Source of the DNA: a virus
Length of the DNA: 64,000 nucleotides
Strand: one strand, 5' to 3'
IMG/VR virus record: IMGVR_UViG_3300045988_117355
Below, piece by piece: positions 19,569 through 28,168 of this stretch. Positions within the stretch are counted from its first letter, which is position 1; each line of letters begins with the position of its first letter. Below the pieces are notes generated by a model, which ran no database searches, was not told where the DNA came from, and saw nothing but the letters and a program-made list of their open reading frames with translations. A program made the position numbers and the translations under genes.

Positions 19569-19949
19569 ATGTGGTTAATAATTATTTTAGCAGTAGTATT
19601 TATTATTTGTGTTATAGGAGCATTTAAGTTAAATGATGATTACTTTGAGCCACAAATATTTTGTGGATTTGCATCTTTTGCAACTGGAATTACAATATTA
19701 GTGATGTTGTGTAGTATTCCTGATAATGATTATGAGAAGAAGATCCTTCAAAAATCTGAGCTTATCACACTACAATTAAGTGATACTACTTTGTCTAATA
19801 TAGAAAGATCTATTATTATAAAAGAGGCTATAGAATTAAATAATACTTTATTAGATAATAAGGTATATCATAATAATAAATTCTATGGAGTTATTTATTC
19901 TGATAAAATTGCAGAAATTCCTTATGTTAAATTGAGAAAAGATAAATAA
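19569..19949 (+). CDS. hypothetical protein with N-terminal TM helices
   Basis: 126 aa track ORF. Confidence 0.4.
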   Translation: MWLIIILAVVFIICVIGAFKLNDDYFEPQIFCGFASFATGITILVMLCSIPDNDYEKKILQKSELITLQLSDTTLSNIERSIIIKEAIELNNTLLDNKVYHNNKFYGVIYSDKIAEIPYVKLRKDK

Positions 19950-20003
19950 ATTATTAATCCATTTTAACACAGAGTTTGCAAGTTCTCTAAAAACTTGCAT
20001 TAT

Positions 20004-20086
20004 TCCTCCTTCGCATAGTGGTTGATTGCACTGGCTTTGTAACCCAGTCCTGAAAAGGCACGTCAGTTCGAATCTGACAGGAGGAT
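20004..20086 (+). tRNA. anomalous type-II tRNA (long variable arm); anticodon TGT in standard numbering with C-C mismatch closing the stem, or a 9-nt anticodon loop CTTTGTAAC
   Basis: perfect 7-bp acceptor TCCTCCT/AGGAGGA, T-arm GTCAGTTCGAATCTGAC, variable region TCCTGAAAAGGCAC, discriminator T. Confidence 0.5.
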
Positions 20087-20129
20087 CAATTAAATAACAC
20101 ATTAAATAACACATTAAATAGATAACAAT

Positions 20130-20654
20130 ATGACATTAGATGAGTATTATGAGAAAGTAAAAGAAGAAATTTCTCAAATCAAAAAAGATTATCCTTGTAT
20201 TTTACCTAAAAATCAAAAAATTCAGTGTGTAAAAGAAATGATTAGAGATATAGATCAAGGATATAGAGTATATGTTTGTACGAGAGTTATGCATAAATAT
20301 CAGACGATTTTAGAAATTGTATTTCCTTACAATAAGGCAATTCTAGTTCCTAAAAGATCTTTTACACCACCTATTCTTGATGATCCTACTATGTATGAGT
20401 ATTATCTCTCAGCTATTGTAAAAATGGAAGAATATGAAAAGCTTATGAAAGAAGAAATAGAGGAAAATAATCCCACAAAAGCACTTGCACTCATTAATGA
20501 TGCAGATTCTTTTGTGACTCTTGCACTAGGATTACCTGAATTTCTTGACTACTTTCCTAAAATGCTTTGGTATGATGGTGGATGGTTTAGCTCTATGGAA
20601 GACAGAAGAAAAGCTTTAGTAGAAACTTTAATGAAATTGGAAAATCATGACTAA
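20130..20654 (+). CDS. hypothetical protein (paralog pair with 20647-21244)
   Basis: 174 aa; shares YPCIL..K.KI and C-terminal LP(E)(F/L)(L/I)DY(F/M)P motifs with next gene. Confidence 0.5.
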   Translation: MTLDEYYEKVKEEISQIKKDYPCILPKNQKIQCVKEMIRDIDQGYRVYVCTRVMHKYQTILEIVFPYNKAILVPKRSFTPPILDDPTMYEYYLSAIVKMEEYEKLMKEEIEENNPTKALALINDADSFVTLALGLPEFLDYFPKMLWYDGGWFSSMEDRRKALVETLMKLENHD

Positions 20655-21244
20655 AGAAGAATATATAGAATATCTTGAAAGGAGAAAAGAAGATTTCAAA
20701 AGAATGTATCCTTGTATATTATCAATTAAAGAAAAAATTGATATTATAGAAAACATTTTAGACGCTATTAAAATCACCAAAAGAGGAATAGGAAGAGTTT
20801 ATATTTGTCATGAGTTACAAAACATGAGCACAAAATATAATTTATCCTCTGTAAATATAGGACTTGATGATAATGTTTTATTTACAATTCTTGCTAAAAA
20901 AGAAGATTTTTGGTATCTACTTGACGAAGGAGATAATGATACTCCTCTTTCTGAAGAAGATGTATTAAAGAGAATTTTAGAAAAAAATTCCTTCTGCAGA
21001 ATACTTAGAAGATGCTTCTTATTATCAACCTTCTTTTCACTCATCTTATGATATATTAGAAGATGATTTTTATGAATTATATGAAGACTCCTCTTCCCTA
21101 TCAATTATAGCATTAATGCTTCCAGAATTAATTGATTATATGCCTTTAACTCTATATGAAGATGTAAGTTATTTTGATTCTACAGAGGAAAGAATTCAAG
21201 CATTAGAAAATATATTACAAGACTTAAAAACACAAATCCAATAG
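20647..21244 (+). CDS. paralog of 20130-20654 interrupted by +1 frame change at A7 tract (20981-20987)
   Basis: frame-1 ORF ends TGA 21049; frame-2 continuation 20981-21244 encodes ...ALMLPELIDYMPLTLYEDVSYFDSTEERIQALENILQDLKTQIQ, homologous to the C-terminus of the upstream paralog. Confidence 0.4.
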
Positions 21245-21543
21245 GGCAGTGAAACTTCATCACTGGTAGAATTCTAGTTAAGGGTGGATATTATAATTTG
21301 TTCGAAAATACTAGATATTAGGTTACTTTGGGACTATGTTCAATCTCCTGATTTAACAAGAACTACTAACAAAGAATTGAGCCTCTTAGATAGTGATTTA
21401 TTTAACATTGACACAGAGGTAGTTTATCTATCATAAAGTCCAAATGGTTAGACCATCAGGGATATTAATAGAGTTAGGCTTTACTTATAGTTATCCTTAT
21501 GTTAAATAATCTCACTATCTAAGATTATATTAAATAGTTAGAT

Positions 21544-21816
21544 ATGAAAATAGATTATAGAAAAGCATTTATATCAATGGAGAATATATCAGAATGTGCT
21601 TGTAGATTTAAGGCATTCAAGATATATGATGATCTTCAAATTGCATTAGATTTGTTAAGAGAATATTCAGAATTGATTAGATTCTGTTCTGGATCTTCTA
21701 ATATAAAGGAGTATGAAAGGCTTAAATCAGCCTTTAAACTTCATGTAGACAAAATCAAATCTGATTTTAGTAGAATAGATCTAATCAATAACCTTTATTT
21801 TCCTGATGAGTTATGA
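21544..21816 (+). CDS. hypothetical protein
   Basis: 90 aa. Confidence 0.4.
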   Translation: MKIDYRKAFISMENISECACRFKAFKIYDDLQIALDLLREYSELIRFCSGSSNIKEYERLKSAFKLHVDKIKSDFSRIDLINNLYFPDEL

Positions 21817-22064
21817 TTATTAATTTAGATTACACAGGGAAATCTCTGGAGGAAATATATCGTCCTGATGAGAATGATATAATTATTGATAATAACAATA
21901 ACATTATTCATGAGAAGGAGATAGAAAGAAGTCCAAAAGTTGTTCTTAATGGTGTTACATTTTACTATTATAGAACATCTAAATTAGCTGAAAAGTTAGC
22001 TGGACACAAAGTAACTCTTGAGATTGATATAACTACTAGAAAGTTAGAGTTTATATTTAAATAA
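21813..22064 (+). CDS. hypothetical protein
   Basis: 83 aa, overlaps previous by 4 nt (operon). Confidence 0.4.
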   Translation: MIINLDYTGKSLEEIYRPDENDIIIDNNNNIIHEKEIERSPKVVLNGVTFYYYRTSKLAEKLAGHKVTLEIDITTRKLEFIFK

Positions 22065-22176
22065 TATTAAAATCCTTGTCCAGTACTAATAATTCACTGC
22101 AGGATCTGTTATTAATGTCATGGACTAAAGTAATGATGAGTAAGGGATCTCATCTTATCTTTTTACAAAACTTTAA

Positions 22177-22572
22177 ATGTTTAGCAATTGTGTTAATTTC
22201 AAGAAACAGGGTGATGTGGGAATGTGTTATGCTATAGCATATTATTCGAAACTGGGATGGACAATCTCAATTCCAGTTACTGATTCTCAAGATTATGATT
22301 TAATAGTAGATACAGGAACTAAGTTGTTAAAGGTGCAAGTAAAGACTACTACTCAAAAAAGTAATTATGGTGTTTATATTGCAAATTTAAAAACTTGTGG
22401 AGGTAATAGGAGCGGAGACACTATTAAGACCTTTGAAAGTAATCAGTCAGATTTAATATTTATACTAACAGATAGTGGTGATTGTTATTCAATTCCTAGA
22501 GATGCTGTTTCTTCTAAGACTACAATTAATTTAGGCGAAAAAGTTTTAATGTACAAGGTGTCATTATTTTAA
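22177..22572 (+). CDS. hypothetical protein
   Basis: 131 aa. Confidence 0.4.
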   Translation: MFSNCVNFKKQGDVGMCYAIAYYSKLGWTISIPVTDSQDYDLIVDTGTKLLKVQVKTTTQKSNYGVYIANLKTCGGNRSGDTIKTFESNQSDLIFILTDSGDCYSIPRDAVSSKTTINLGEKVLMYKVSLF

Positions 22573-22576
22573 TAAT

Positions 22577-22665
22577 GGGTATGCAGCGACGATGGTGGTG
22601 TCGTGCGAGACTGTAAATCTCGTCCCTTAGGGTAAACATTGGTAGTTCGAATCTACCCATGCCCA
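22577..22665 (+). tRNA. tRNA-Tyr (GTA), bacterial type II with long variable arm
   Basis: acceptor GGGTATG/CATGCCC, anticodon arm CGAGA-CTGTAAA-TCTCG, variable TCCCTTAGGGTAAACATT, T-arm GGTAGTTCGAATCTACC. Confidence 0.75.
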
Positions 22666-22667
22666 CA

Positions 22668-22746
22668 TGCGGGTGGGTGAAATGGATATACAAATCATTC
22701 CAGCCTCATAAGCTGGAGATACTAGGTTCGATTCCTAGACCCGCTA
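22668..22746 (+). tRNA. tRNA-Met/fMet/Ile2-type (CAT), 1:72 mismatch, long D-loop
   Basis: acceptor (T)GCGGGT/ACCCGC(T), anticodon arm CCAGC-CTCATAA-GCTGG, T-arm CTAGGTTCGATTCCTAG. Confidence 0.55.
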
Positions 22747-22754
22747 CAAAAGTC

Positions 22755-22766
22755 ACTTACAATACT
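22755..22766 (+). promoter_or_regulatory. conserved ACTTACAATACT motif 22 nt upstream of tRNA-Pro
   Basis: one of eight ACTTACAAWAT copies, all upstream of tRNA or tRNA-like units. Confidence 0.45.
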
Positions 22767-22776
22767 GCATATTTAA

Positions 22777-22848
22777 GAACGAATAGCTTAGCGGATAAAG
22801 CAATTATCTTGGATATAATAGTTCTGGGTTCGATTCCCAGTTTGTTTA
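22777..22848 (+). tRNA. tRNA-Pro (TGG)
   Basis: acceptor GAACGAA/TTTGTTT (two G-U), D-arm GCTT..AAGC, anticodon arm ATTAT-CTTGGAT-ATAAT, T-arm CTGGGTTCGATTCCCAG. Confidence 0.65.
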
Positions 22849-23089
22849 GTAAAATTAGTGACTATTTTTAAATTAAAATCAAAATCAAAGATTATGGAAA
22901 CTTATATTAAAATGTATAAACAAAGATATTATGGTTATTACTGTAATATGTGTAAGGATTTAGGAATTAAACCTGTTCCATACTGTGACTTTGATAAGAA
23001 TTTATACAAAGAAACAAAACTTTTATTAAAAGATTCAATATTTTGGGCTAGTTCTGGATTTGACAGGTGATTAGAACAGTATTAAGACA

Positions 23090-23610
23090 TGTAGGAAGGC
23101 AGTTTCCTTATAAAGGCAAAACTAATAAATGCTAAAGGTAGAGTAATCTCCTTCTCTAGACCTGCAGCTATTGCAGCGTAAGAGTTGGGTTGTCAACTGA
23201 CCTAGAAACAGAATAGTTGTAAATATTAAAAAAGGATTGTATTAATATAAGCAAACCAGAATCCTTGAACCTGTGAATCTCTAGGTTGTAAATATATTTT
23301 TTATATTTCCCTTTTAGAAGGTGACAGACCATTGGGTAATTCCATAGGAGCGCTGTTAGGCTTATGAAGTTTCCTTATTCTTTAAAAATAAGGTGGTGGA
23401 GTAGTAATCCATGATTACCCCAAAGTTTGGTAGTTTGTGTATAGCTGAAAAATGGACAGTTGTGTGATATTGTATAAGCACACAAGTCAGTAAAACTATC
23501 TATAATTGATCTATGTGATTTATAGATCATAAACATGTATATCTTAATACTAAGTAAATTGTCTGGACCGGAGTTCGACTCTCCGCTAGTCCACGGGAAC
23601 AAGTTAGGTG
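23090..23610 (+). ncRNA. candidate structured non-coding RNA region (tmRNA-like features; unresolved)
   Basis: 700 nt without credible ORF, locally GC-richer; mini-ORF ending ...PAAIAA-TAA at 23165-23200; tRNA-like minihelix GGAC-CGGAGTTCGACTCTCCG-CTA-GTCC-A at 23568-23602; many hairpins. Confidence 0.25.
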
Positions 23611-23805
23611 TGCTCAGGGTAAAGCTCTGAGGGTTAGATATGGATGGAATCAGAAGTACTAGTCTCCTTCTGGATTGAACTAAGAAAAGAGTATATAAGC
23701 ATAGTGGACGCACTAAATTTGTGAAATTACTCCACCAAAAGAGATTTTGGTCTAGTAGCATCTAACTTTTTTAAAAATATTAACATTTTAAATAACAAAA
23801 ACAGT

Positions 23806-24252
23806 ATGGAAAGAATTAACTTCACAGAAGAGAACTTAGCTCAGCTAAAAGATCTTGCAGTAGAGTTCTTATTTAATAGAACTACATTTAATGGTCCTAT
23901 GAGTACTCAATATGATGTAACTCAAGTGATACATGACACTACTATGAGTTCTTTAAAGTCTATGTTCAATAGCATTAAATCTGCAATAGATAAGAAATCT
24001 AATGTAAGTAGATGGACTACTTCAGCTGCAGAACAAAAAGAATTGAAGATTCTTGAGGATAAGAAAGAGTTCTTAGACCTACTAATGGGATATAAACTCT
24101 ATCAAGCTCAGGAAGCTGAAGTTGCCAGAGAAGCAGAAGCTCTTAGAGCTGAGATTAAATCTCTTGAGGAAGATACAAAAACTCCTGAAGAGAAGCTTAA
24201 AGAGAAGAAAGAAGCTTTATCTAAGTTAGAAAATTTCTTCAAAATGGTTTAG
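23806..24252 (+). CDS. coiled-coil protein
   Basis: 148 aa, EAE/KLE-rich. Confidence 0.45.
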   Translation: MERINFTEENLAQLKDLAVEFLFNRTTFNGPMSTQYDVTQVIHDTTMSSLKSMFNSIKSAIDKKSNVSRWTTSAAEQKELKILEDKKEFLDLLMGYKLYQAQEAEVAREAEALRAEIKSLEEDTKTPEEKLKEKKEALSKLENFFKMV

Positions 24253-24398
24253 GTTTATAAAACAGTAGCAAGGTTATAGTTTATATTTCTTGCTACTGCA
24301 TGTTACTTACAATCTAACAAACTTGTCTGATCTGCAAGTAAAAAAGGATCTCCATAGCTATCATCTTTATTAATAATTAAGTTTAATCAAGTAACATT

Positions 24399-25925
24399 AT
24401 GAAAGTAGAATTAAATAACAAAGAAACAAATCCTTTTTCTGGGTTAAGAAACTGTTTGAAGATTTTTAACAACGGTGGTCAAGGCATTACATTAAGTCAA
24501 GATGATTTAAATAAAGCCTGGGAAGAGGTAAAAGATAGTAAAGAGAAGAAAGAGATGTTTTTCTCTCTATTATTCTCATTAGGAGATATTACTGCCAGAC
24601 AACACAACATCTTTAGAGGTCAAAAAGTTGATTCTGGAGGTAATTCTCAAAGGGAAATTTTTTTCAACTGTATGGAGTGGATGAAAAAGAATATCCCAGA
24701 TCAATTCTTTAAATTCATGAAATCTCATTTATTTAATGAGTACACTTGTTTTGATAATCTATTTAGGAATAGAGTCCAAACTCAGGGTAAGAAGATCATA
24801 TCTATTAAATCTGTGTTGAACACATCTGATAATAGATATTTCAATGAGTTATTAGATTACACTGAATCTATTATCAAAGGTAAGAATCCTTATGATAAGA
24901 TGCTTGTAGCTAAATTCTTAACTCTTCCTAGATTATCACCAAGAAAAGAGCATAAACAAATGCTTCCTCAAACTAAAGAATTGATGAAAGCAAAGGCTAA
25001 ATTCTTAGAAGAATTATCTAAGAGAATGAATTGGCCTTATAAAATTGAAGGAAATATACTAAACTTCAAAGGATATAGAGAGTGGAGGAAGGAATACAAC
25101 TCTACATTAGAATCTGTTCTTTTCAGTACTGGAAAGATTAAAGATTTTGATGAAATTCAGTTTTTGGAATGGTTGGATAGAATCCCTGCACAAGCTAGAT
25201 TCAGAGTGAGAAACAGAATCATGTTTGAGAAAGAGGGAACATTTAAATATCCTAAACTGAAAGAGTGGTATGAAAAGTGGGAGAAATACAAAGAAGAGAA
25301 ACAGGCAGAGCAAAGAGTTCTTGAAGAGAAAGTTCGCCAAGGACAGGCTAGTGTAGAGGATAAAGTTAAATTGGAAAAGGTTAAAAAAGAAGCCAAGGTA
25401 ACAGTTGGATCTACTAACTTCCAAGAACTTTATAAAGAGATCCTTAGTGGAAGGATTGATAAACTTAAATTGGAGTCTTTTGTGAATAACAAAGTAAGTC
25501 TTCAATATAATAGTTTAGTGATTATTGATGACTCCGGATCTATGGGTGGTGCGCCTTTTAACTTTGCTAAATTTATTGCATCTGTTTGTCTTGTTAAAAA
25601 TCCAGATGATGATGGAAGAAACCTTTTAGGATTCTTCAATTATGATTCTAGACTATACGGAAGTATGGATAGAGCTGGAAGTAAGACTCCTAATAGCTTA
25701 ATGAGATCAAGTGTGAAGAATATTGTTAAGAAGCCTTTTGTAGATCCTCATAAGAGTTTCTATGAAAACTATCAAAACATTTCTTCATTCTGCCAAGGTG
25801 TATTCCAAGGTGGAGGTACTAGAATAAATAGTATCCCAAAAGGATTTGCTGAACAAGCTAATAATAATCCTGTATTATTAGATGAACTTATGCAATACCC
25901 AGTTTGGACAATTGTTAGTGATTAA
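24399..25925 (+). CDS. von Willebrand factor A (vWA) domain protein
   Basis: 508 aa; MIDAS motif VIIDDSGSMGG. Confidence 0.55.
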   Translation: MKVELNNKETNPFSGLRNCLKIFNNGGQGITLSQDDLNKAWEEVKDSKEKKEMFFSLLFSLGDITARQHNIFRGQKVDSGGNSQREIFFNCMEWMKKNIPDQFFKFMKSHLFNEYTCFDNLFRNRVQTQGKKIISIKSVLNTSDNRYFNELLDYTESIIKGKNPYDKMLVAKFLTLPRLSPRKEHKQMLPQTKELMKAKAKFLEELSKRMNWPYKIEGNILNFKGYREWRKEYNSTLESVLFSTGKIKDFDEIQFLEWLDRIPAQARFRVRNRIMFEKEGTFKYPKLKEWYEKWEKYKEEKQAEQRVLEEKVRQGQASVEDKVKLEKVKKEAKVTVGSTNFQELYKEILSGRIDKLKLESFVNNKVSLQYNSLVIIDDSGSMGGAPFNFAKFIASVCLVKNPDDDGRNLLGFFNYDSRLYGSMDRAGSKTPNSLMRSSVKNIVKKPFVDPHKSFYENYQNISSFCQGVFQGGGTRINSIPKGFAEQANNNPVLLDELMQYPVWTIVSD

Positions 25926-26132
25926 ATTCTATTCATAGTCACTCCCAATAGTAATATTGGTGTAAAAATGCTTTAAATTGCGGGAAACTCCTTAGAGACT
26001 AATTAACTAAGTATAAACAGTGATGTTTATATGGCCTTATTAATGATTAAGGGTATAGTAAAATCAATTAGTATTGGAAAATCCGCAGCCAAATCTCTTT
26101 TATAAAATAATTTAATAAATTCTACAATCATT

Positions 26133-27092
26133 TTGATTTCTGAATTTAATTGTTTATATTTGTATTATGTTAAACTAATACAAATAAACATGAGAAAATT
26201 AGAACAAAATGAAATTAATAAAATTCTTCAGCTTTACACTGAAGAAAAATATTCAATATCTAAAATAAGAGCACTTTTCAAACTTCAATTTGATGATGTA
26301 AAACATATTCTAGAAGAAAACGGAATAAAGACAAAATCTCAAAGAGAAAGTAGAAAGACTTATGATTATAATGAAAACTATTTTTCTGAAATAAACACAA
26401 AAGATAAAGCCTATTGGTTAGGATTTATTTACGCTGATGGATTTATTACTAAAAAGGCTAAAGGAAGTCCAGTTTTTGGAATGACTTTAGGAGAAATAGA
26501 GCCATTAGAAAAGTTAAATAAATATATGGATTCTAACAAACCTATAGGAATATATAAGAAGAAAAATAGTTATTCTGAAAAATCTATTGAATATAAATTA
26601 GCTTTCTGTTCTCCTAAATTAGTTTCAGATTTAGAGAAATGGGGAGTTGTAGAAAACAAAACATTCAAATTAAAATTTCCTAACTTTCTATCTCCAAACC
26701 TCATTCCTCATTTTATTAGAGGGTATTTTGATGGAGATGGGAGTGTATATCTTCACATTCAAAAAACTAAGGATAAGGAATATATATTCTTGGGTTCCCA
26801 GTTTTGCGGAACCAAAAGTTTTCTTTCAGACTTATCTAAATATATAAACTTAGAAACTTGCTTATATAAAGATAGTAGAAAACAAACTGATTGTTGGAGG
26901 ATACAATTAAATTCAAACATAAGAAGCTTAACCTTATATCATTATTTATATAATAATTGTGAAGATTTATTCTTATCAAGAAAAAGGGAAAAATTTGAAA
27001 ATTTTATAAAAGAGAGAGGTTCAACGACTACAATAAGCAATCCTATCTATGGTGATCCAGAATATTTAACTCTGTGTTATCTAGAGGATTAA
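26133..27092 (+). CDS. LAGLIDADG-family homing endonuclease (free-standing)
   Basis: two LAGLIDADG motifs: YWLGFIYADGFI and IRGYFDGDGSVY; 319 aa; immediately upstream of tRNA island. Confidence 0.65.
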   Translation: MISEFNCLYLYYVKLIQINMRKLEQNEINKILQLYTEEKYSISKIRALFKLQFDDVKHILEENGIKTKSQRESRKTYDYNENYFSEINTKDKAYWLGFIYADGFITKKAKGSPVFGMTLGEIEPLEKLNKYMDSNKPIGIYKKKNSYSEKSIEYKLAFCSPKLVSDLEKWGVVENKTFKLKFPNFLSPNLIPHFIRGYFDGDGSVYLHIQKTKDKEYIFLGSQFCGTKSFLSDLSKYINLETCLYKDSRKQTDCWRIQLNSNIRSLTLYHYLYNNCEDLFLSRKREKFENFIKERGSTTTISNPIYGDPEYLTLCYLED

Positions 27093-27128
27093 GGTATAGT
27101 CTAATCTTATATGAAAGTATAAGTAGTT

Positions 27129-27440
27129 ATGGGTGAATGGAATAATATGTATTCTCCAGAAGCTTCGATGAATGAATTCTTCAGAGATTGTGAGAATCTT
27201 TTAGGATTTAGACCATTTATCATTGCGATAGATATTCAAAATCCTAATTGGGCATATCAGACATTTAAAGCTGATAGATTCACTGGTATAGATAATATGA
27301 TCTATATTCCAAGTAACCCAGCTCAAATTGAGCAAATTCTTACAAATTTCAAGGACATTGAAATCTTTGATGTCTATACTCCGTTACTCTCTTTATACAG
27401 AAGTAATAGATATGATCTAGTAAGGACTAATGTAATTTAG
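27129..27440 (+). CDS. hypothetical protein
   Basis: 103 aa. Confidence 0.4.
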   Translation: MGEWNNMYSPEASMNEFFRDCENLLGFRPFIIAIDIQNPNWAYQTFKADRFTGIDNMIYIPSNPAQIEQILTNFKDIEIFDVYTPLLSLYRSNRYDLVRTNVI

Positions 27441-27486
27441 TCCTTACTATTAAAATGACTCAATTATTATAAAGAACAATACAGAT

Positions 27487-27498
27487 ACTTACAATATT
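27487..27498 (+). promoter_or_regulatory. ACTTACAATATT motif
   Basis: copy of the tRNA-island motif. Confidence 0.45.
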
Positions 27499-27514
27499 AC
27501 AAGAATCAATTTAT

Positions 27515-27599
27515 GCAGGTTCAACTCCTGTCTTTTGCATTAGCAGAAGTGGCGAAATTGGTATACGCACTGGTCTGAGAAACTAGGAATATAATATTC
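27515..27599 (+). other. rearranged tRNA-like element: T-arm plus 3' acceptor strand immediately followed by a complementary 5' acceptor strand, D-arm and anticodon arm (GAG, Leu-like, type II)
   Basis: GCAGG-TTCAACT-CCTGT-CTTTTGC-A / TTA / GCAGAAG-TG-GCG..CGC-A-CTGGT-CTGAGAA-ACTAG + GAATA-TAA-TATTC hairpin; the two acceptor strands pair 7/7 (one G-U) but sit in permuted order; no canonical 5' strand upstream. Confidence 0.35.
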
Positions 27600-27646
27600 A
27601 ATAGTATCTATTTATGACTTTTCTTTTCCTTGCATGATATACTGAT

Positions 27647-27658
27647 ACTTACAAAATC
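27647..27658 (+). promoter_or_regulatory. ACTTACAAAATC motif (extended variant GATACTTACAAAATCAAAA)
   Basis: extended variant shared by the three atypical units at 27647, 27962, 28213. Confidence 0.45.
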
Positions 27659-27675
27659 AAAACCATCTGTGGGTC

Positions 27676-27745
27676 GAGGGTTCGAATCCTTCAAATCGCG
27701 CGTTTTGCGAATTTAGCTCAGTAGGTTTAGAGCAATAGACAAAAA
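27676..27745 (+). other. second rearranged tRNA-like element (T-arm plus 3' acceptor followed by 5' acceptor plus canonical D-arm)
   Basis: GAGGG-TTCGAAT-CCTTC-AAATCGC-G / CGTTTT / GCGAATT-TA-GCTC-AGTAGGTTTA-GAGC; strands pair 6/7; no recognisable anticodon arm follows. Confidence 0.3.
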
Positions 27746-27794
27746 AGTATCATTCAGATAAGGAAATAATATTTTAGAATAAAAATTATAAAGT

Positions 27795-27806
27795 CACTTA
27801 CAATAT
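27795..27806 (+). promoter_or_regulatory. ACTTACAATATT motif 21 nt upstream of tRNA-Ile(TAT)
   Basis: motif copy. Confidence 0.45.
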
Positions 27807-27816
27807 TATCATAATT

Positions 27817-27890
27817 CGTAGAAATAACTCAATAGGATAGAGTACAAAACTTATAATTTTGGTGTTCAGGGTTCGATCCCCTGTTTTTAC
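27817..27890 (+). tRNA. tRNA-Ile (TAT), canonical cloverleaf
   Basis: acceptor GTAGAAA/TTTTTAC, D-arm ACTC..GAGT, anticodon arm CAAAA-CTTATAA-TTTTG, T-arm CAGGGTTCGATCCCCTG. Confidence 0.7.
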
Positions 27891-27926
27891 AGTGTAATTA
27901 TTATAGTGACTAATTTTATATTTTAA

Positions 27927-28038
27927 GGGGATGGTTTATAACTATTAGTAAATTTATATTTACTTACAAAATCATAAACTGTACGGAAAAATTTACACCA
28001 CAAATGTAAACAAGCAGGTTCGAATCCTGCCATCCCCG
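27927..28038 (+). other. atypical tRNA-like unit: 5' acceptor strand GGGGATG separated by ~75 nt (including the ACTTACAAAATC motif) from anticodon-like hairpin, T-arm and complementary 3' acceptor CATCCCC
   Basis: TTTACA-CCACAAA-TGTAAA hairpin then GCAGG-TTCGAAT-CCTGC-CATCCCC-G; 7/7 acceptor complementarity across the insertion; no D-arm. Confidence 0.3.
27962..27973 (+). promoter_or_regulatory. ACTTACAAAATC motif (inside atypical unit)
   Basis: motif copy. Confidence 0.45.
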
Positions 28039-28046
28039 CAAAAGCT

Positions 28047-28058
28047 ACTTACAATAAG
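28047..28058 (+). promoter_or_regulatory. ACTTACAATAAG motif 20 nt upstream of tRNA-Thr
   Basis: motif copy. Confidence 0.45.
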
Positions 28059-28066
28059 ATTTAAAT

Positions 28067-28139
28067 ATAACAATAGCTCAGTTGGTTGAGCAAATTTTTG
28101 GTAAAAATTAGGTCGTAGGTTCAAGTCCTACTTGTTAAA
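28067..28139 (+). tRNA. tRNA-Thr (GGT)
   Basis: acceptor ATAACAA/TTGTTAA (1:72 A-A), D-arm GCTC-AGTTGGTT-GAGC, anticodon arm AATTT-TTGGTAA-AAATT, T-arm GTAGGTTCAAGTCCTAC. Confidence 0.65.
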
Positions 28140-28168
28140 TAAATTTAAAAGTAGCTATTTTATAACTT

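Noticed and set aside
22659-23070. Track ORFs 22659-22871 and 22858-23070 (70 aa each)
   Set aside because: They lie across tRNA-Met/Pro genes and the motif region. Their composition is driven by tRNA sequence, so they are treated as spurious.
23090-23610. Calling the region a bona fide tmRNA (ssrA)
   Set aside because: A T-arm-like 3' element and an AAIAA-stop mini-ORF are present. I could not find a 5' acceptor strand complementary to CTAGTCC or the conserved 5' GGGG...GATTCGAC region. It is left as an unresolved ncRNA candidate.
23375-23761. Minus-strand ORF (128 aa) in the 23.1-23.8 kb region
   Set aside because: Low-complexity L/S/P-rich translation, no RBS context, and it is antisense to a region that looks like structured RNA. 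Retained only as part of the ncRNA candidate.
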